From assembly GCF_018977255.1 (NCBI RefSeq), contig NW_024704742.1, positions 99,388,001 to 99,452,000 on the forward strand: 64,000 bases of DNA, written 5' to 3'. This stretch comes from Callorhinchus milii. Its lineage: Eukaryota. The notes beneath the pieces are model-generated. The model saw nothing but the letters and a program-made list of their open reading frames with translations. It made no database searches and was not told the DNA's origin. This document shows positions 62,860 to 64,000 of this stretch, piece after piece. A program made the position numbers and the translations under genes. Position 1 is the first letter of the stretch. The number at the start of each line of letters is the position of its first letter.

Positions 62860-64000
62860 CATTGAAAATAATTTGCACTTATATAGTACCTTCTACATTG
62901 GGAGACAGTTTCAAAGACCATTACAAAGACAGAGTGGAAGCCCAAGCTGGGAGGGAGATGGGGAGGGTGGGGTAGGAGGGAGATGGTCGAAGGCGCAGTC
63001 AAGGAGATAGGTCTTTCATGGTTTTGAAAGCAGAACATGTGGAAATGAAGTGGAAGAAGAGAGTTCCAAAGGTGGGGATAAAGTGGCTGAAAGCTTGTCT
63101 GGTGCTGGTGAGGTGAGCAGAGTTGGAGGAGCAGAGGGGGTCTCCCAGAATATCTGAGCAGTAGGGGGAGCAAGGTCATGGAGTTTTGAAGATAAGGACA
63201 GATAAGTTTCTCACAGGATCCATGAACTGAAATGGGCAATGGAGGATATCATTAGTGCGTAAGTGAGGAGATGCTGGCAGAGCTGAGCAGGATCACCTCA
63301 GTTTTGTCAATGTTGAATTGAAGAATGTTAAGGCTTATCCAGGACTTTATGTTTGACAGGTAGTCAGAATAGTAGTTGTTGAGGTTGAGGGTGGAAGCAG
63401 AAAGGCAGCATTGAGTGTCAATATATGGAACTGGACCTCATGCCTGCATACAATGCCATCAAGGTGGAGCATGTAGATGAGGAAAAGAAGAAAATGGAGG
63501 ATAGATCCCTGAGGGACACACATGACCAAACATAGGAAGGACCAGGAGCCATTTGCGGAGAAGTAGTGAAGACGCTGGGGCAATTAGCAGTGAAACCAAG
63601 AATGTTCAGAGATGTACCAGGGAGGAGAGACTGTGGAGAGGAATGGACCAGTCAACAGTGTCCGAAGCATAAGTTCAAGGAGGACAAAGAGGCACATGGA
63701 ACCCTGGTCACAGACAGAGAGGATGTTGCTTGTAACTTTGACCAGGGCTGCATTAGTCTATAGAGGGGTGGGTGAGGGGTGATTGGCGGAGGCCAGATTG
63801 GAGGAAACCATCTAGATAGTGGTGGGAGAGGAAGGAGTGAAGCTGGGTGGCATCAATGGGTTCTAGTACTTTGGAGAGAAAGAGCAAGGTGGCAGAGTTT
63901 AAAAAGGTCCATTGTGGGTTTTGTGGAACAGGTGACAATGTTAGTGGTTTTGAAAGGAGTCCCGGAGAGGTCCACACATATAGAATGATTGCTTGAGTGA
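62860..64000 (-). mobile_element. Old L2 LINE (runs to window end)
   Basis: Minus ORFs CVPQGSILHFLLFLIYML and FLSKVLE..LQSG; tail ttgcacttatatagtacc at about 62875. Confidence 0.85.

Overview
Non-coding, repeat-rich vertebrate genomic DNA, most likely from a cartilaginous fish. The mix of young L2 LINEs with (GTT)n tails, CR1 fragments and tRNA-headed SINEs with (TTA)n L2-type tails resembles chimaera/elephant-shark genomes; this is an inference. I find no intact protein-coding gene, recognisable host exon, rRNA, genuine tRNA gene or CRISPR array. Every ORF with recognisable homology is a broken L2 or CR1 ORF2 piece. The window holds about 15 L2 fragments, about 8 CR1 fragments, a young tRNA-Ala-like SINE family in two structural variants, an older Deu-domain SINE family and about 10 copies of an ancient SINE resembling AmnSINE2. 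It also has an AT-rich palindromic MITE-like family, an unassigned ~110-bp dispersed repeat, and several repeat-free homeodomain-motif-rich blocks that look like conserved non-coding enhancers in a gene desert or large intron. The most notable signals concern retroelement biology: the youngest SINE copies carry the same 3' stem-loop as the local young L2; short templated fillers sit at SINE 5' junctions; nested insertions have clear TSDs; and L2 fragments have inserted into palindromic elements. I see no evidence for a novel protein-coding system. Repeat family names are from recall of consensus sequences and need a RepeatMasker/Dfam check. Boundaries are approximate (about 10-20 bp) unless exact motifs are quoted.
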